A DNA stretch of 64,000 nucleotides from Bugula neritina (Eukaryota; Animalia; Bryozoa): assembly GCA_964035545.1 (NCBI GenBank), contig OZ037766.1:11274722-11338721 (forward strand), written 5' to 3'. Both the position numbers and the translations under genes were made by a program. Shown one piece after another: positions 1 through 17,500 of the stretch. How positions within the stretch are numbered: position 1 is the stretch's first letter; each line of letters starts with the position of its first letter. The notes under the pieces were generated by a model, which searched no databases, was not told where the DNA came from, and saw nothing but the letters and a program-made list of their open reading frames with translations.

Positions 1-2399
1 CCTACAGAGGGGACTAGCGTCGTATCTGCTATAGACAATGACGAACTTTTTGTTTCTTCTATCAGGTAAATTTGTTATTACTTCTTCATTTGTCCATTAC
101 TAACCAAATAAAATTTAATATTAGAATTTTAGAAATAATATTTGCCTCGACGAAGTAAAAAATTCATTAACTAATAAAAGTTGTTCTTACAGACAAAATT
201 GTGTTCCATTTATAATTCATTGTACAAATTTACATATTGTACAAAGTCAAGACCTGGAATTTTATTGTTACAGTGAGTATAATTTCGATGAACTCTACAA
301 TAATATTTTGTGCCCATACCATGTTACTTTTCTTGTTATATTTTTGTTCATTTTGTTTATAAAATACTTATTTATTTATGCAAACTCTTAATAATCTAGA
401 TATTTTCTAAATACTTGGACTATATTATTCTAATATTCCAGCTCATGTTCCTAATGTGTGACAACTAAGGTGCAACTAGCTGCTGTTTTGGCACATTCCA
501 TGTGCTTCCAAATAAATTTTGTTTGCCTTTAGTTCACTGAATAGTCATTTTGGCTCAGCAGTGATGACTAAGAAGTACGGGATTATACTGAACAACTTCT
601 TGGATGCATATGATCATGCAGTTGATGGCCTGCTACCTAAACACGGGATCAATAATGTACGTATAGTTTCACTGTTTCAATCATCTTTGGTAGGTATTAG
701 GTAGTTAGATAATACTGTAGGTCTGGGCAGTGCTTCTAGTTGATATTTTTTATAAAACCAGTGTTATAGCAACTTTTTCATAATAAATGTAACAATGCAG
801 GTTTGCCAAATGTAGCGGTGCTATTTTATCATTAGTCATGACCTTAGTGTCATGTGTACATCACATATAGCAGTCATAATCTTGGTAAAAGTTTTCATGA
901 TCCAAGCTCATAGCAAAGTTCTTCATGTTCAATTGAAGCTCAAAACTTGCATGAATAATGTTAATTATGTATGTAGAGTATTGCTAGTTATTTATGACCA
1001 AACAATAATGGGTTCTGACAAAATTTCTAGTATAAAATATTCCCTTATATCTTGATTTTCACAATTGGGTTGCTGAGTTTGATTTAAGTGTTTCTTTTTG
1101 TTTTCCATTACTGTAACAGATGCTTTAACTATAATAACTATATCTTACGATATACTACATTGTTTTAGAACAACATTGTAAAGGGTAGGAGGCGTCCAAG
1201 ATCGGCAATGGCACCCGTCATATTTTATAATCGTCATAGAAAGTGCAAGAAAAGAGGAGTGGTTGGCAGCACTGGAGGTCTAAAAGCTATTCCTGGTGAG
1301 AAACAGCACAATGGATACCCATGTTATTTATAAAAATTACTTGAAGGCTTCAATGTGTTTGGTTTTGTGCATAAGTTTGTTTAAAATTCTTAAAATTTAC
1401 TGCTTTCTTTCAACGGATCGTATGGTCTTTTGGTCAATCAACCATGGATGCTTTGTATGTATTGGATGTATTGTAGCAACTCTTCAATACTTGCTGAATA
1501 TACTGTCATTTGATGCAACACCTGAAGACTCCAATAAAAGGCCAAGATATTACAATACCCTTATACCCAACACAACTCACGTTGAAGGTATGAAATATCT
1601 TATACAAATACATTAGATTACTAGTTGTTATGAAATTCACTATATTATTTCTAATTATGTTAAATAATTCATAAAAGCTAATGATTAGCACTTTTATCTA
1701 TACAGAAAGGCAGATTCATAATTGGAATAGCTTTTTTAAGTTCGCATTCTATAAAAATATTCAGAATAAATATGCATGAAATATTTAATTTTTTTTTACT
1801 AATGCAATTATTTTTATTGCATGAAATAATCAGTCATTTCATTAACGCAATTAGTTTTATTCTAATATTTAGGCAATCTAATATAACCGTGCACTGCTTA
1901 AATAAATGTTGAAGTTTTTAGACCAAATTATAACATGGTGAGTTAGACAAAACGCAGTAGTGGAGCCATGATTCTTGCATTAGGCAACACAACATCAGTT
2001 TTCACTTTCCGCTGGAGGCAATGTTTCCAAGACTTGATTGGTTGCCAAGACCCCCCATTACTCACCATCATTTAACTTATCAGCGACCCTGTGTCATACT
2101 ATAGGCCGGCACCAACATCTAGGCCATAGCCACTACCTTACCAACAAGACATTTGCGGTTCAAAATTTATCCATTACTATTAATGCTGGTAACATAACAT
2201 AAAGTCAGCAGTTGTATGCTTTTATGTTGCAGATAATTTACCGACTGAAACAACTAATAGCTTGAGGAATAAGCTACATTTCACAGTATCCCACGACAAA
2301 CCCCTTACCAGTACCTCTGCAGGATACAAGGAGGCCAAGCAAATATACAGTGCTGCAGACACCCGGGTTGAAGGGAAATCTGCGGTTATTGACAAATGA
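1..2399 (+). CDS. Gamma-glutamyltransferase (GGT7-like), 3' part covering the small subunit; exons <1-65, 533-656, 1169-1295, 1477-1587, 2233-2399
   Basis: Spliced translation PTEG-TSVVSAIDNDELFVSSISSLNSHFGSAVMTKKYGIILNNFLD...RRRPRSAMAPVIFY...VVGSTGG...PRYYNTLIPN...SAADTRVEGKSAVIDK* follows the GGT light-chain layout (N-terminal Thr, SSLN..FGS, P.S.M.P, G..GG, D.R). All introns are GT-AG and phase-compatible. AATAAA at 2587. Confidence 0.88.
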
Positions 2400-2703
2400 G
2401 ATTATTCTGTTGTCCTTTAATATAGAATGTCTCTGATAACCTACTTTATACCAACATTCCTTTTATAATTTATCTACTGGTTACTGAAGAAATTTGGTCA
2501 ACTTCAGTTTTCATTATACAACACGCAGTATCTAACTGTATAATCGTTTTAGAGGAGAATGAATCTTGTCAGTTTCACAAATGTGCAATAAAATAAATCT
2601 GTTGTTTCACCACACTCTTGCTTCGTAATTTGATAACAAAGCTATAATTTGATTGTTTTTTTTTTACATTTTATTGTCAAGTCAACCGGTCAATACATTT
2701 CAA

Positions 2704-3470
<767 letters not shown>

Positions 3471-4176
3471 GGCTCTTTACCTGCGGAAAGATTTAGTGTA
3501 TTGCAACATTAATTATCTTTTTAAAATTGTAGAAACTTTTTTGCTCAAATAATTTTCCTGTTTTTACTTTCACTTTTACTTATACAAACTTATGGTAATG
3601 CTAGACTTATAGTTATACTTATTAGTTATTGTTTCAAGTCACTTTGGTTTACAGTTACACTCACAGTCGCACTGCATGAAGAAAGTCGCATAAATTACAG
3701 ATTAATCATCAACTCTAAGTTTAATAGTTATAGTACTAGTAGTACTAATAGTAATAGAGTAATACAGACATACACTTACTCTCTAACTAAGTCATACAGA
3801 CATAGTAACTGAGTAATACCCATCAATACTATTACTAATACTAATAGTAATAGTGATAGTAAAAGGTTTCAGTTTGGGGGAGTTTCCCACTGGCACTAGG
3901 AACCCCTGGAGGGTGATTCAGTAACTGCAAGACTTAGACTAAACAGCAATTTAGTTAGTAAATTAATGTTTAATTTAATATTTATTTATAGCTAATACTA
4001 ATAGTAATAGTTAGTTATAGTTATACTTATACTTATACTATAGTTATACAGTAATGACTAATGAGTAATCGACTACCGTAACGGTAATACGAATTTCAGA
4101 TTTTTATAGAAGACCATACAAATAAATTCGCATCACTATTATTCGCTAGAGAACTATTTTGTTATTCTTTCATTAC

Positions 4177-4214
4177 CTTTGAGGGCTGGTCGACGTAATC
4201 AAGTGAACAGAGGT
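4177..4214 (-). promoter_or_regulatory. RPS20: Putative non-coding first exon of RPS20 with a pyrimidine-rich (TOP/TCT-like) start
   Basis: Minus strand CCTCTGTTCACTT...CCCTCAAAG|GTAATG in a CpG-retaining patch; pairs with the acceptor CTTTCCGCAG| at 3481, 10 nt before the ATG. Confidence 0.65.
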
Positions 4215-5037
4215 GAACCAGAATCTTTTCGTCTCTACAGACTTGACACACGCTCACTGTGGAACATGAAGAGCTTCAAAAGGAAGATCACACTTTAGAC
4301 GAGATAATACGTGGCTAAAACTTGCTTATAGAGGAGACAACTCAGTAACATTCTAAGTATCGAAGGTGTAAGACTGTAAGCTAAGGGGGATAAAATATTG
4401 TACATATAACAATAATTTACAGAGTAGAATTTATGACACACGTATTGTTTGGCATGTATGAGTATAATGCTGATATATCCTAGTACTTGCACCTGAGTGG
4501 AATATATTCACTATAAAAATATTTTATAATCATCAAAATACATATTTTCACATGCAGTCACACTTTACACTACCCACCCCACACATCTTAAATACCATAG
4601 ACCACAACTCATTATTAGTTTATATTATTATCAGCCAAAGCCAAACTATATTGATCGGCAGTTGTGCCCTCTCTGTATTGTAAGAAGATTACTATAGAAA
4701 ACATGAGTATATTGTATAGAATATAGATAGTATAAATAAGTCAAGGGTTGATCAGTTAATGAAACTGTATTTTTTATAAGTTTGAGCTGCACCAAAAATA
4801 TTGTATGCTGGTAATTAGCAATAAATTAATTTATTTAGTTATTTTATGAACAAAAATGTTTACTATACATATGATATTAATGCTCAGACATTAGCAAATA
4901 TTGCAGGGATATTTTTATAAATAATTTATAATTAACTTTGCTTGTGAAGTTGAAAATTATTTAAACTATTAAAGCTCTAAATATCACAATGCGTGTTCAA
5001 TGTCTTATTCACACTAATGATAATATATGCACTCCTT

Positions 5038-6106
5038 TCAGTGAGATTTGCATGAGTTACATATAAAAAGGTTAATGAGCCTTCTTTTCATATTTGGCCG
5101 CCTCTTCTCTTTTACTTGAGCTCTGTCAATTTTATCTGAAAAAAATAACAGTGATTGCTAAAATTATTTATACCAGCTTGATATTTTCTACAAAAAATGG
5201 AATGGACATTTCATGTCAATGCAGTAAGTTATAGACTTTATATATTGCATGAATATGACAATCTAACTACAAAAACAAGGGTCAGACAAACATATAATAT
5301 TTTACTTACAATAAATACTCCTGCAGTCACTCATGTTCTCATCAAGTTCAAAGTTAGTACCAAGCATATCTTCACTTTTCAATACTTCAGTTCTATTATA
5401 TTTAATAACTTTGTCTGGTAGCTCTTCCACTCTTGGTGATTGGTTAATGAACAAATCACTAACACTTCTAATAGGTAGCTTCCCTTTTGTTTGGTGTGAA
5501 GCTGAAGTTTGAGAACTGGTAAGTTGACTGTCTGGGGAAGTTTCGAATTCTGTATTTGCTGATGGCTTAACACTTTCCTCATCAAGTTGACCTGTAGCTT
5601 CTCTTTCAGGTATTGGTACCATAGAGCTTGAATTTGTGTTGACCTTATTTTCCACCTCATATTTTATGGCTCGTTGTATGAAATTACAGTAAATTTTTTG
5701 ATATGTAAGTCTACACTGATCAATTTCAGAAGGACTTATTGGTGTACTTTTTATATCCGGACTCCTTCGAGAGGTTTTTTGATTTATTTGGTATGACCTG
5801 CAAAAACATAATATATCAATTATATTGCAATCATGGTGCCGAAACTCCAAACTATTGTGGTTATTTTGAAAAAGAAAAATTTATATTCTAAAAGTTACAG
5901 TGTTTAAAGCATAATAATGTTGAATTATGAATGTGGCTCAAATTTGCCTTAAAGTTTAAGTATAACTAAAGAGAGTAAATGAGATATTTATACACTTTTA
6001 CTTTAATAACTTACCAGGGAGTAGTAATACGATAGTATGCTACCATTAAGAACACTAGCCAAAACATTTGGCTGCAAAAAGCTTCTCCATTGAGCAAAAC
6101 TTCCAT
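5038..6106 (-). CDS. Uncharacterised ~225-aa protein with N-terminal hydrophobic segment; exons 6106-6015, 5797-5310, 5135-5038
   Basis: Three exons joined by strong, phase-matched GTAAG...CAG introns: MEVLLNGEAFCSQMFWLVFLMVAYYRITTPW|SYQINQKTSRRSPD...MSDCRSIYY|KIDRAQVKEKRRPNMKRRLINLFICNSCKSH*. No family recognised. Confidence 0.7.
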
Positions 6107-7578
6107 AGTTTTACAAGCTTCAGTTATCTACTGTGTAGTAATTTTGGGTCATTAAGTAATTCTGTGTACAGCCAGTGAAGAGCAAAATGTGATTACGTTG
6201 TGCTAGCTTTATGTCATCGATGAGTGTTTCTCTTAATGTTAGGACTTAATGCAAATATAGTTTGTAGCCTCTTGTCTAGTTTTATTATTATATAAATCAT
6301 TATTTAATTTATTGTAAGACACTTTGTTTTTAAGTCATCAAACACACAATATAAAAGAAGACAACTTTTACTAATACTAATAATGTTATCTTTAGACACA
6401 ATGGAGTCTTATAAAACACACGGTTATATCATATTTCAGCATGTGTATAGTTATGATTGTAGCCATAAAATGTTGTACACTATATGAAATATATAGGACA
6501 CTTTGTAACTGGATCTGATTGCAAATTCACACAGTAGAAAACATAAGTAGAAACAGTGAATTGAGGATTTTACGAAACTACAGTATAAACCAGTAGTCCA
6601 ATTGCTCAAAGGAAGTTTATAATAATTGTACTATTATTTATAAGTCAGTAAATTAAAGCTAAAATTTGCAGAGTCAACAATTTTGTGTATGTTTGTTTTA
6701 TGTAGCAAAATATATCTTCATTTTTACAGAAAAACTTGAATAATTTTTAGATTCTTTAAAAAGAAAAAAGCGTCTTATTATTTTTATATAAACGATAATA
6801 AAATTAAAAATAAAATATTGTTTATGTTATTCTTCAACTTGGTAAGCAACTTAACCATATGCACACATGCTAAATTTATTATTTCAAACAATTCAAGTGA
6901 TATAGATATTCAATATGTTCCTGATCATTTGGTGATGTGCATGATATATCTAAAGCCAAATTGCTTTTTGATTGTGCAAGAATGTTTGAAATACGTATTT
7001 GTCATAATAATATGCCAGTACAGGAGTTGTATTATAAAATGCAGCATACCAGGAAAATACGAAAGTACAAAAATCACAAATATATGTGTGGGCTTGCAAT
7101 TTGATAATAACTATAGTTATATATAATATGTTATATATGTTATTTACATTTCAACCTGCAGATCACTTAACTAATAAATGTCGAGCAAATGAGAATAGTC
7201 ATAGTTTAACAAAGAACGCAGTGATTGGGAGTCGGGTCCTTTTTCCTTTGATCTGTCTTTGCTTACTGTTGACGGCAGATAAGATTTTAAATATGTGGGC
7301 TCCCCCATGTAGCTGTCAACCATTGTTTTTCCAGTGTTCTATCAAGAATACATAGATTTGTTTAAAAGTATATACTGTATTATTTAAAGCAACGTGACAA
7401 CTTGCAAAATAATATTTTGGTGCACAATAAACATATGCACTATAATCAAATAGTTTCGTAGTTAGTATTAAGTCATTTTAAACTATGTATTTGCATTAGC
7501 CTTTTGAAATTTGTAGAGAGACCAGCTTTAAATAAAGTTCAAATGCTCAAACCCCTGTAGTGTGGTGATTACCCATAA

Positions 7579-7650
7579 GTCCTAGTGGTGTAATGGTTAG
7601 CACACTTGCTTGCAAGCCGGAGGTCTCGGGTTTGAATCCCAGTGTGGGCA
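7579..7650 (+). pseudogene. Degenerate tRNA (Ala-TGC-like) pseudogene or tRNA-derived SINE head
   Basis: A-box/D-arm TGGTGTAATGGTTAGCAC and B-box GGTTTGAATCCC (TTCGAAT mutated). The anticodon stem is mismatched with a 6-nt loop and the acceptor stem is imperfect, so a functional tRNA is unlikely. Confidence 0.7.
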
Positions 7651-7693
7651 ATTATTTTTCAAATGCATTTTATGGTAATACTTTGCATTCACA

Positions 7694-8251
7694 TTATTTA
7701 GTACGTAATTGATCGAAACAACTCACCCCTTTCCAAAAACTTTGTTGCTTTGGCTTTCCTATGCTAACCTTTCTCATCACTGAAAAACTTTGGTTTCCAT
7801 ATGTGCTGCCTATTTGGGTCGGTCGTCTGTTTCTACTAAACGAAGTCGATCTGTTAAAAACTATTGAACTTTCTTTTCCAAAGATTTCAATGTTGTTAAG
7901 ATGTATTCTTGAAGACTGAGGAGACTGTGGTGGTGAGTGCAAATACATGGTTTCATTGTTACTGCCTATTAAATCTACATTTTGTTCTGAACTGGTATTG
8001 AATAATTTTAGATCTTCTTGCAATGTTTTTTGGTTATTTATTTTATGAATTTGAGGGGCTTTCTTTTTAGGGATTTCTTGTTTTCTTAATTTTGGCCTTT
8101 TTACAGGTTTTTGATTAATTTTTTGTAATCTTTGCTGATGCTTATGGTAACTCAATTCATATTCAAACTTATCTTTGCTGCTGTTAGTGGTTGAGTCTCT
8201 TGACAGTTGTGGTTGGTAGTAAGGTTTGTGCCATAAGTTTTGGCCAGCCAT
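7694..8251 (-). CDS. Uncharacterised intronless 185-aa basic, hydrophilic protein
   Basis: 558-nt ATG-to-stop ORF in very AT-rich DNA, good start context (AATATGG), K/Q/S-rich composition. No family recognised. Confidence 0.6.
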   Translation of the reverse strand: MAGQNLWHKPYYQPQLSRDSTTNSSKDKFEYELSYHKHQQRLQKINQKPVKRPKLRKQEIPKKKAPQIHKINNQKTLQEDLKLFNTSSEQNVDLIGSNNETMYLHSPPQSPQSSRIHLNNIEIFGKESSIVFNRSTSFSRNRRPTQIGSTYGNQSFSVMRKVSIGKPKQQSFWKGVSCFDQLRTK

Positions 8252-8751
8252 ATTCTAGCTATTAATTCATGAGCAAAGATTTTTTTCTTTTTTTTGTATT
8301 TAACTCTATTATTTGTGATAAAAATCACCAGTTACATTTTAAAAAACTAAAAGAATTGGCAATCTGACAACAAATGTTATGTCAGGAATTCAATTTATTT
8401 CTAAATTTTAGCTTATGTAAAGTGTGAATTTTCTGCAAGCTACAACTGTCAAAATCTTCAAGTCAGTCAAATTAATTGATGATATGTATGTAAGCTTGCG
8501 TAAATAATAGTTTTATAATATATTTTAAAATAATAATGAGTAAATATTATATAAGTGTATAATTTATGACAGCGTTTTTATCAGGTTTATTGACAGCAAT
8601 TTACATACTAATAGCCAAAACTGGACTCACTTTTTTAAAAAATAAGAAACACTGTTCTGATGTCCTGTATCTTGAAAGAAATATTATTTTTCCAAATGAC
8701 ATTAAGAAAAACAACTTTCAACCATTTGATTAAGTATACAAGTTAAGCATT

Positions 8752-12825
<4,074 letters not shown>

Positions 12826-14567
12826 CTTCGACTAGTCTAGTCTTACAGAGCTCAAACTGAAGTATGTTGCAAAGGGTTATGTTTTTGGCCAGACAGCGAA
12901 ATTAAACTTGAAAACTCCACATCTTCAATTCTAAGTAAATGACTTAGCAACTCCAAGTATGAGGTGTTTGTTATGTAATTTAGGTTGACGTAAATGTTAT
13001 CAAAGCAAAAAAATAAATCTAAAGCAATAAATAAATTATATGCTTTGCAAATGACAGAAAAAACATCTTGAACTAAACGAATATTTACATCCCAATTTGC
13101 AAACTCACAAAATATTGCATCCCAGCTTTAACAAATAAATGATAAAACTCAAATGTTGAAATATTTTACACACTTTGCAAAATCTATGCTCAGTTGCACA
13201 AACTACAATCCACTTTCACAGAACCAAATTAGTAGTGAAATAATTGCCAACTAACCTTAGCTAACCCAACTTGCTTAAGTTGACAGCATGCAATGCACAC
13301 TTTCCCTGATGCTGTATAGGCACTAATTAAATGACCAGTTAGAACAGAGGTAGGCACGCAACTACACAAGTTACATGACCATATTGCAGAAAGTAAAGCA
13401 CCGCTTTCTAAAGTCACATTGACATAAGAGGCAAAACCTAAATAGTATAGTGACAACCTTCAACTACGGGTATCAAGTGTTAGAGCAGAACTTGAGGGGT
13501 ATTGATTATATAAATAGAAGGTGAGACAAGGAGGGTTGAAACGCACCACTGCTAAGAGTTTACTATAATTATCAGCTCATTAACATATGACAAGATGTAT
13601 ATACTATTATTACTTTGATGACGTGTGCAGAATCAATAGTGTCTATGTGATTAGTACAAATGTGCTCTCAAACTGCGCTGATGCATTTGTCTCGAAAAAC
13701 TTCATCTCATGAGATTAGCTATAAGAACTGCTAAATGAAAATCAATTGTATTTGAGTGGATCCTAATATGAAATAAAAACAGTGAAAGTTGTTAAAATCG
13801 TTGTGGAACTACAATTTTCATAAATACATGAAGTAGCAAAATTCATTACAAAATAAAAGCATTAATTTAAATGCAATATTTTTATCTCCAGCTAATTTCT
13901 AACACATTGAACTATATCGATATTGTCGGGACTTTACATAAGCCGGGGAAAGCTTTTCCATAATTGATTATAGCTTTTCATGTATCATCTCAGCTGTGCC
14001 AGCTATATTATGCTTTTTCCACACTTGCGACTGGCAACTTGCAACTATACTTATAACTTATGATGTAACGGTTTTCACATTGCTATTTTCTTTCAGTCTG
14101 TGACAATAAATATTTTTATATATTAAAACACAACAGATATTGCTTTTGTTAGAAATCTTACAGCTATGCAAGGTACAGCATTTCAGTAAGTTTATTTGTT
14201 TATATTTTTAACCTGATATAGAATTCTTTTTGAGTTGTGAGAAAAATACTAGCTGTATGCGTTTTAAATTAATGAAACAATAAGTGTATTGAGTGCACAT
14301 ACGATATATAGAAAAGTGATACCAATAAAAATTTGTTTCTCATATGAAATGTGAGTCAGAGTATTTGGATAAAGACAATCGATAGAGAATGTTTAAAAAT
14401 CTTTTATTTTAAACAAATGTTGGAAATAGGATAATGTTTTATAATATTTTAAGTAGTGTTTACATAGAAAGAAAAAGATAATGTGAGATCATATGTATCT
14501 TAAGTTAACAACATAGTGTGGACGGATAACTAAATATACTCTAGACTCTAGAGCTAAGTCAGCCTAA

Positions 14568-17500
14568 TCAGTCCTGACCAGAAGTGTCAGCCAAGCTGTT
14601 GAGGATGTCTCTCTCTGCTGCCGATTCAGTTGTGATTTCATCATTCAGCTGCCAAACTTTAATAACACCGATGGCATCACCAGTTGCCATAAACTTTCTC
14701 CTGAAAACCAAATTATTTACAGGCTACATATCACAAAACAGCGTTGTAGCGGCACATAATACAGAGTCCAAGTCGTAGAAAGTTATGACCAAAAATGTGT
14801 AATAAAAACGACATTCAAGACTAAAAGCATTATTTAAAAGAATTACTAAAATAATATTATGAGCATTCGGCTTAACATCCCAATGAGTCACCATCATAGA
14901 TGATGAAGATAGCAACGTTTCATAGTGTGAAAGACTGTGCTTTGTGTGCGAAAGTGCACTATTAACAATTGCATCCAAATCCATATTTGCTAGCCCCACT
15001 AATGACATACTGAAGTAGAATAATAGAGAAAAACATCCATTAATGACTGCTTCAACTTCCTGATGATTATTCTTAAAAAGTAAACAAACGGCAACTATCA
15101 GGCTAAGAGAATAAAGAAGTAATACAAATAACGCTTCAAAATACAAATGCTTGCTGCCAAGTCCTCAAAAATAAATAAAAAAGGAATATACAATAATTCA
15201 TATATTACATAACTATGGGTGTCATCTTCTAAGAATATAAAATCATAATTATGATCTGCATAAACTCAACATTAAACATTATATTTATTTCATGCTCCTT
15301 ATCATTGCATTAGCTTACATTTGCATTTTCAAATTTTCAAAATAAAAATAATCACAAAAGTAAAGGGAGTCCATATTGTTTACAAATGAAAAGTAGCCCC
15401 AAAAAGTTATACATATAAATTAGTACTTACTGCTTTTGATTGAACTCCATTACATACACAGCCTGTTTGCTTGGACTGGCCTCCAGCACATGGGCAGGAG
15501 TTGTCTGACTTTTCTTCAAATCATAGATGAGAGCACAGCCATCTTGGGTAGTGACTGCGAATACCAGAGGCTTGGTTGGGGACCAGCGCACTGTATACAA
15601 GTAACCACTGGCCGGTTCTATCACCATCACAGGCTGAGTCTGTTAGTGCATAAAACATGGCAATGTGAAGCATTATGAAGAATCTTAAAAGCAGCTAATG
15701 TCTCTTAATATACCCTATAACTATACAGAAATACAAATCCAGCTTAGTTAATTGAACACAGTATGCAGACTTATTTATGTATATATTCAATTATTCATAT
15801 TGAGTTTAACTAAAAATTATAATATTTTTCAACAGGTGGAGATAGCTGCTATTATGAATTCGTACTTAATGTTAGGTATAAGCAAACCTGCAGGATAGAA
15901 TGGACACGCAGGGTAGAGTCTGAGCTACAGCTGAGGAAAAGGTTCCTGTGATAAGGAGAACTGTTCACAGAGTACACTGGCCCACAGTGAGGCAGGAATG
16001 TCAGCTTGACTGGATCCACCAGAGAAATGCTACTGGAACTGTCACCTGTCAATGCAGTCAACATAATTTGTGTACTAACTCAGTGGCCAACTATCAATAT
16101 AATATTTCCATAAGAACAAGTAAATCAATAGGTTTATCTAGCGTATTGCCTCAGCATATTGACAAATTAACTACATTTTCATATGCTGGTCGTGAGTAAA
16201 GTTTAGAGCTTAGTGATGGTCAATTACTCAGAAATTAATACTACTGGGGTTTAGTACTACTACTACTAAATTGTTATTACCGCTAATTAGTCCTACTACT
16301 AGTGGCAAATAACAGTCAAGACAAAACAGAATAAAATGTCTATCTTATTTTTTAAAATATGTTAAGTTGCACAAAAACTCTTTAGGTAATTGACAATCAA
16401 TTAAATATTTTAGTAACTATTATTAATTATATACTCAAATAAGTTCATTTTAGAAAATTTGCTAATTAGCTTCAACTAGGTGTGAAACATTAGCAGGTAC
16501 AGAGACTAATATTGTGAGCATGATATAGCTGTGTTAGCAGAAATAGCTATACATACTACTAATTACACAAGAATAGTAATTACAAAACTCAATCATACAC
16601 TTTGATGCTTTTAAACATTAATAATTCTTAGGGGTTGTTATGGAAATATCTTCCCAATACAAAATAAAAATCATATGCAGAGTTATTAAGGATAATGTCA
16701 TATCTAATAAACAAACCAGCGCTGACTTGAGAATTCACAGAACACCTAAACATTCCACCCGACTCTGAACCTATATAGAAAGTCTCTTCATCTACACAGC
16801 TGAAATCAAGAGAGGTAACTCCCATTTCTGGATTTCTCTTGGAAGATTTTATTTTCACTGACTTGGGCATGTGTTGGGCAAGAAGTACATACCTGTGAAA
16901 CGATAAACGCAAAATGGGATCTAATTGATACAGTAATATTCAACTAAACAACATTTCAAAGAATGTTGATTTCAGACTATATCTATAAACTCAGTAGACA
17001 TATCAGCATTTAAAGAAACCAGAATACTTCACAGCTACTTGCTATCATACCATTACTCACCCTTTACTTAGTTTCAGCCTGTTTTTGTCCTTATCCAACT
17101 TCCAAACCAGCATCTTACCATCTAAACCCACAGATAACACCTACATATAAGTATAGTAGACACATACAGTGGTTTCTTGCCTCATTTGTGCAATAATAAT
17201 TTTTATAACTTCGCATATATTAAACCAGCTTCAACAATGCATCTGCATTACTGACAGAACAAATAAGACATTTAATTGCATATATTTAGTAGAGGATGCT
17301 TACGTGATATAACTTTTTTTTTCCTGGCACTTTGTACCACATGACTTTGGAAATAGGTTCATTGTGGGAATCGTCTCCTTTGCCCGATGATGCTATTAGC
17401 ATGTCAGTTTCTCTACTGAAATCCCACACCAGAATGTCTCCTGGACAAATTACATCATCACATATATCACCAGCACATACAATGTATGTCTGTGCTTGTT

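Noticed and set aside
4223-4500. Divergent TOP-like transcript or snoRNA host upstream of RPS20
   Set aside because: Only a pyrimidine tract; no convincing C box, exon chain or ORF.
7579-7650. Functional tRNA-Ala(TGC)
   Set aside because: Broken anticodon arm, mutated T-loop and poor acceptor pairing.
14724-15146. 140-aa hydrophobic ORF in the last WDR34 intron
   Set aside because: Non-ATG start, no recognisable motif and no supporting splice structure; probably chance or a repeat relic.
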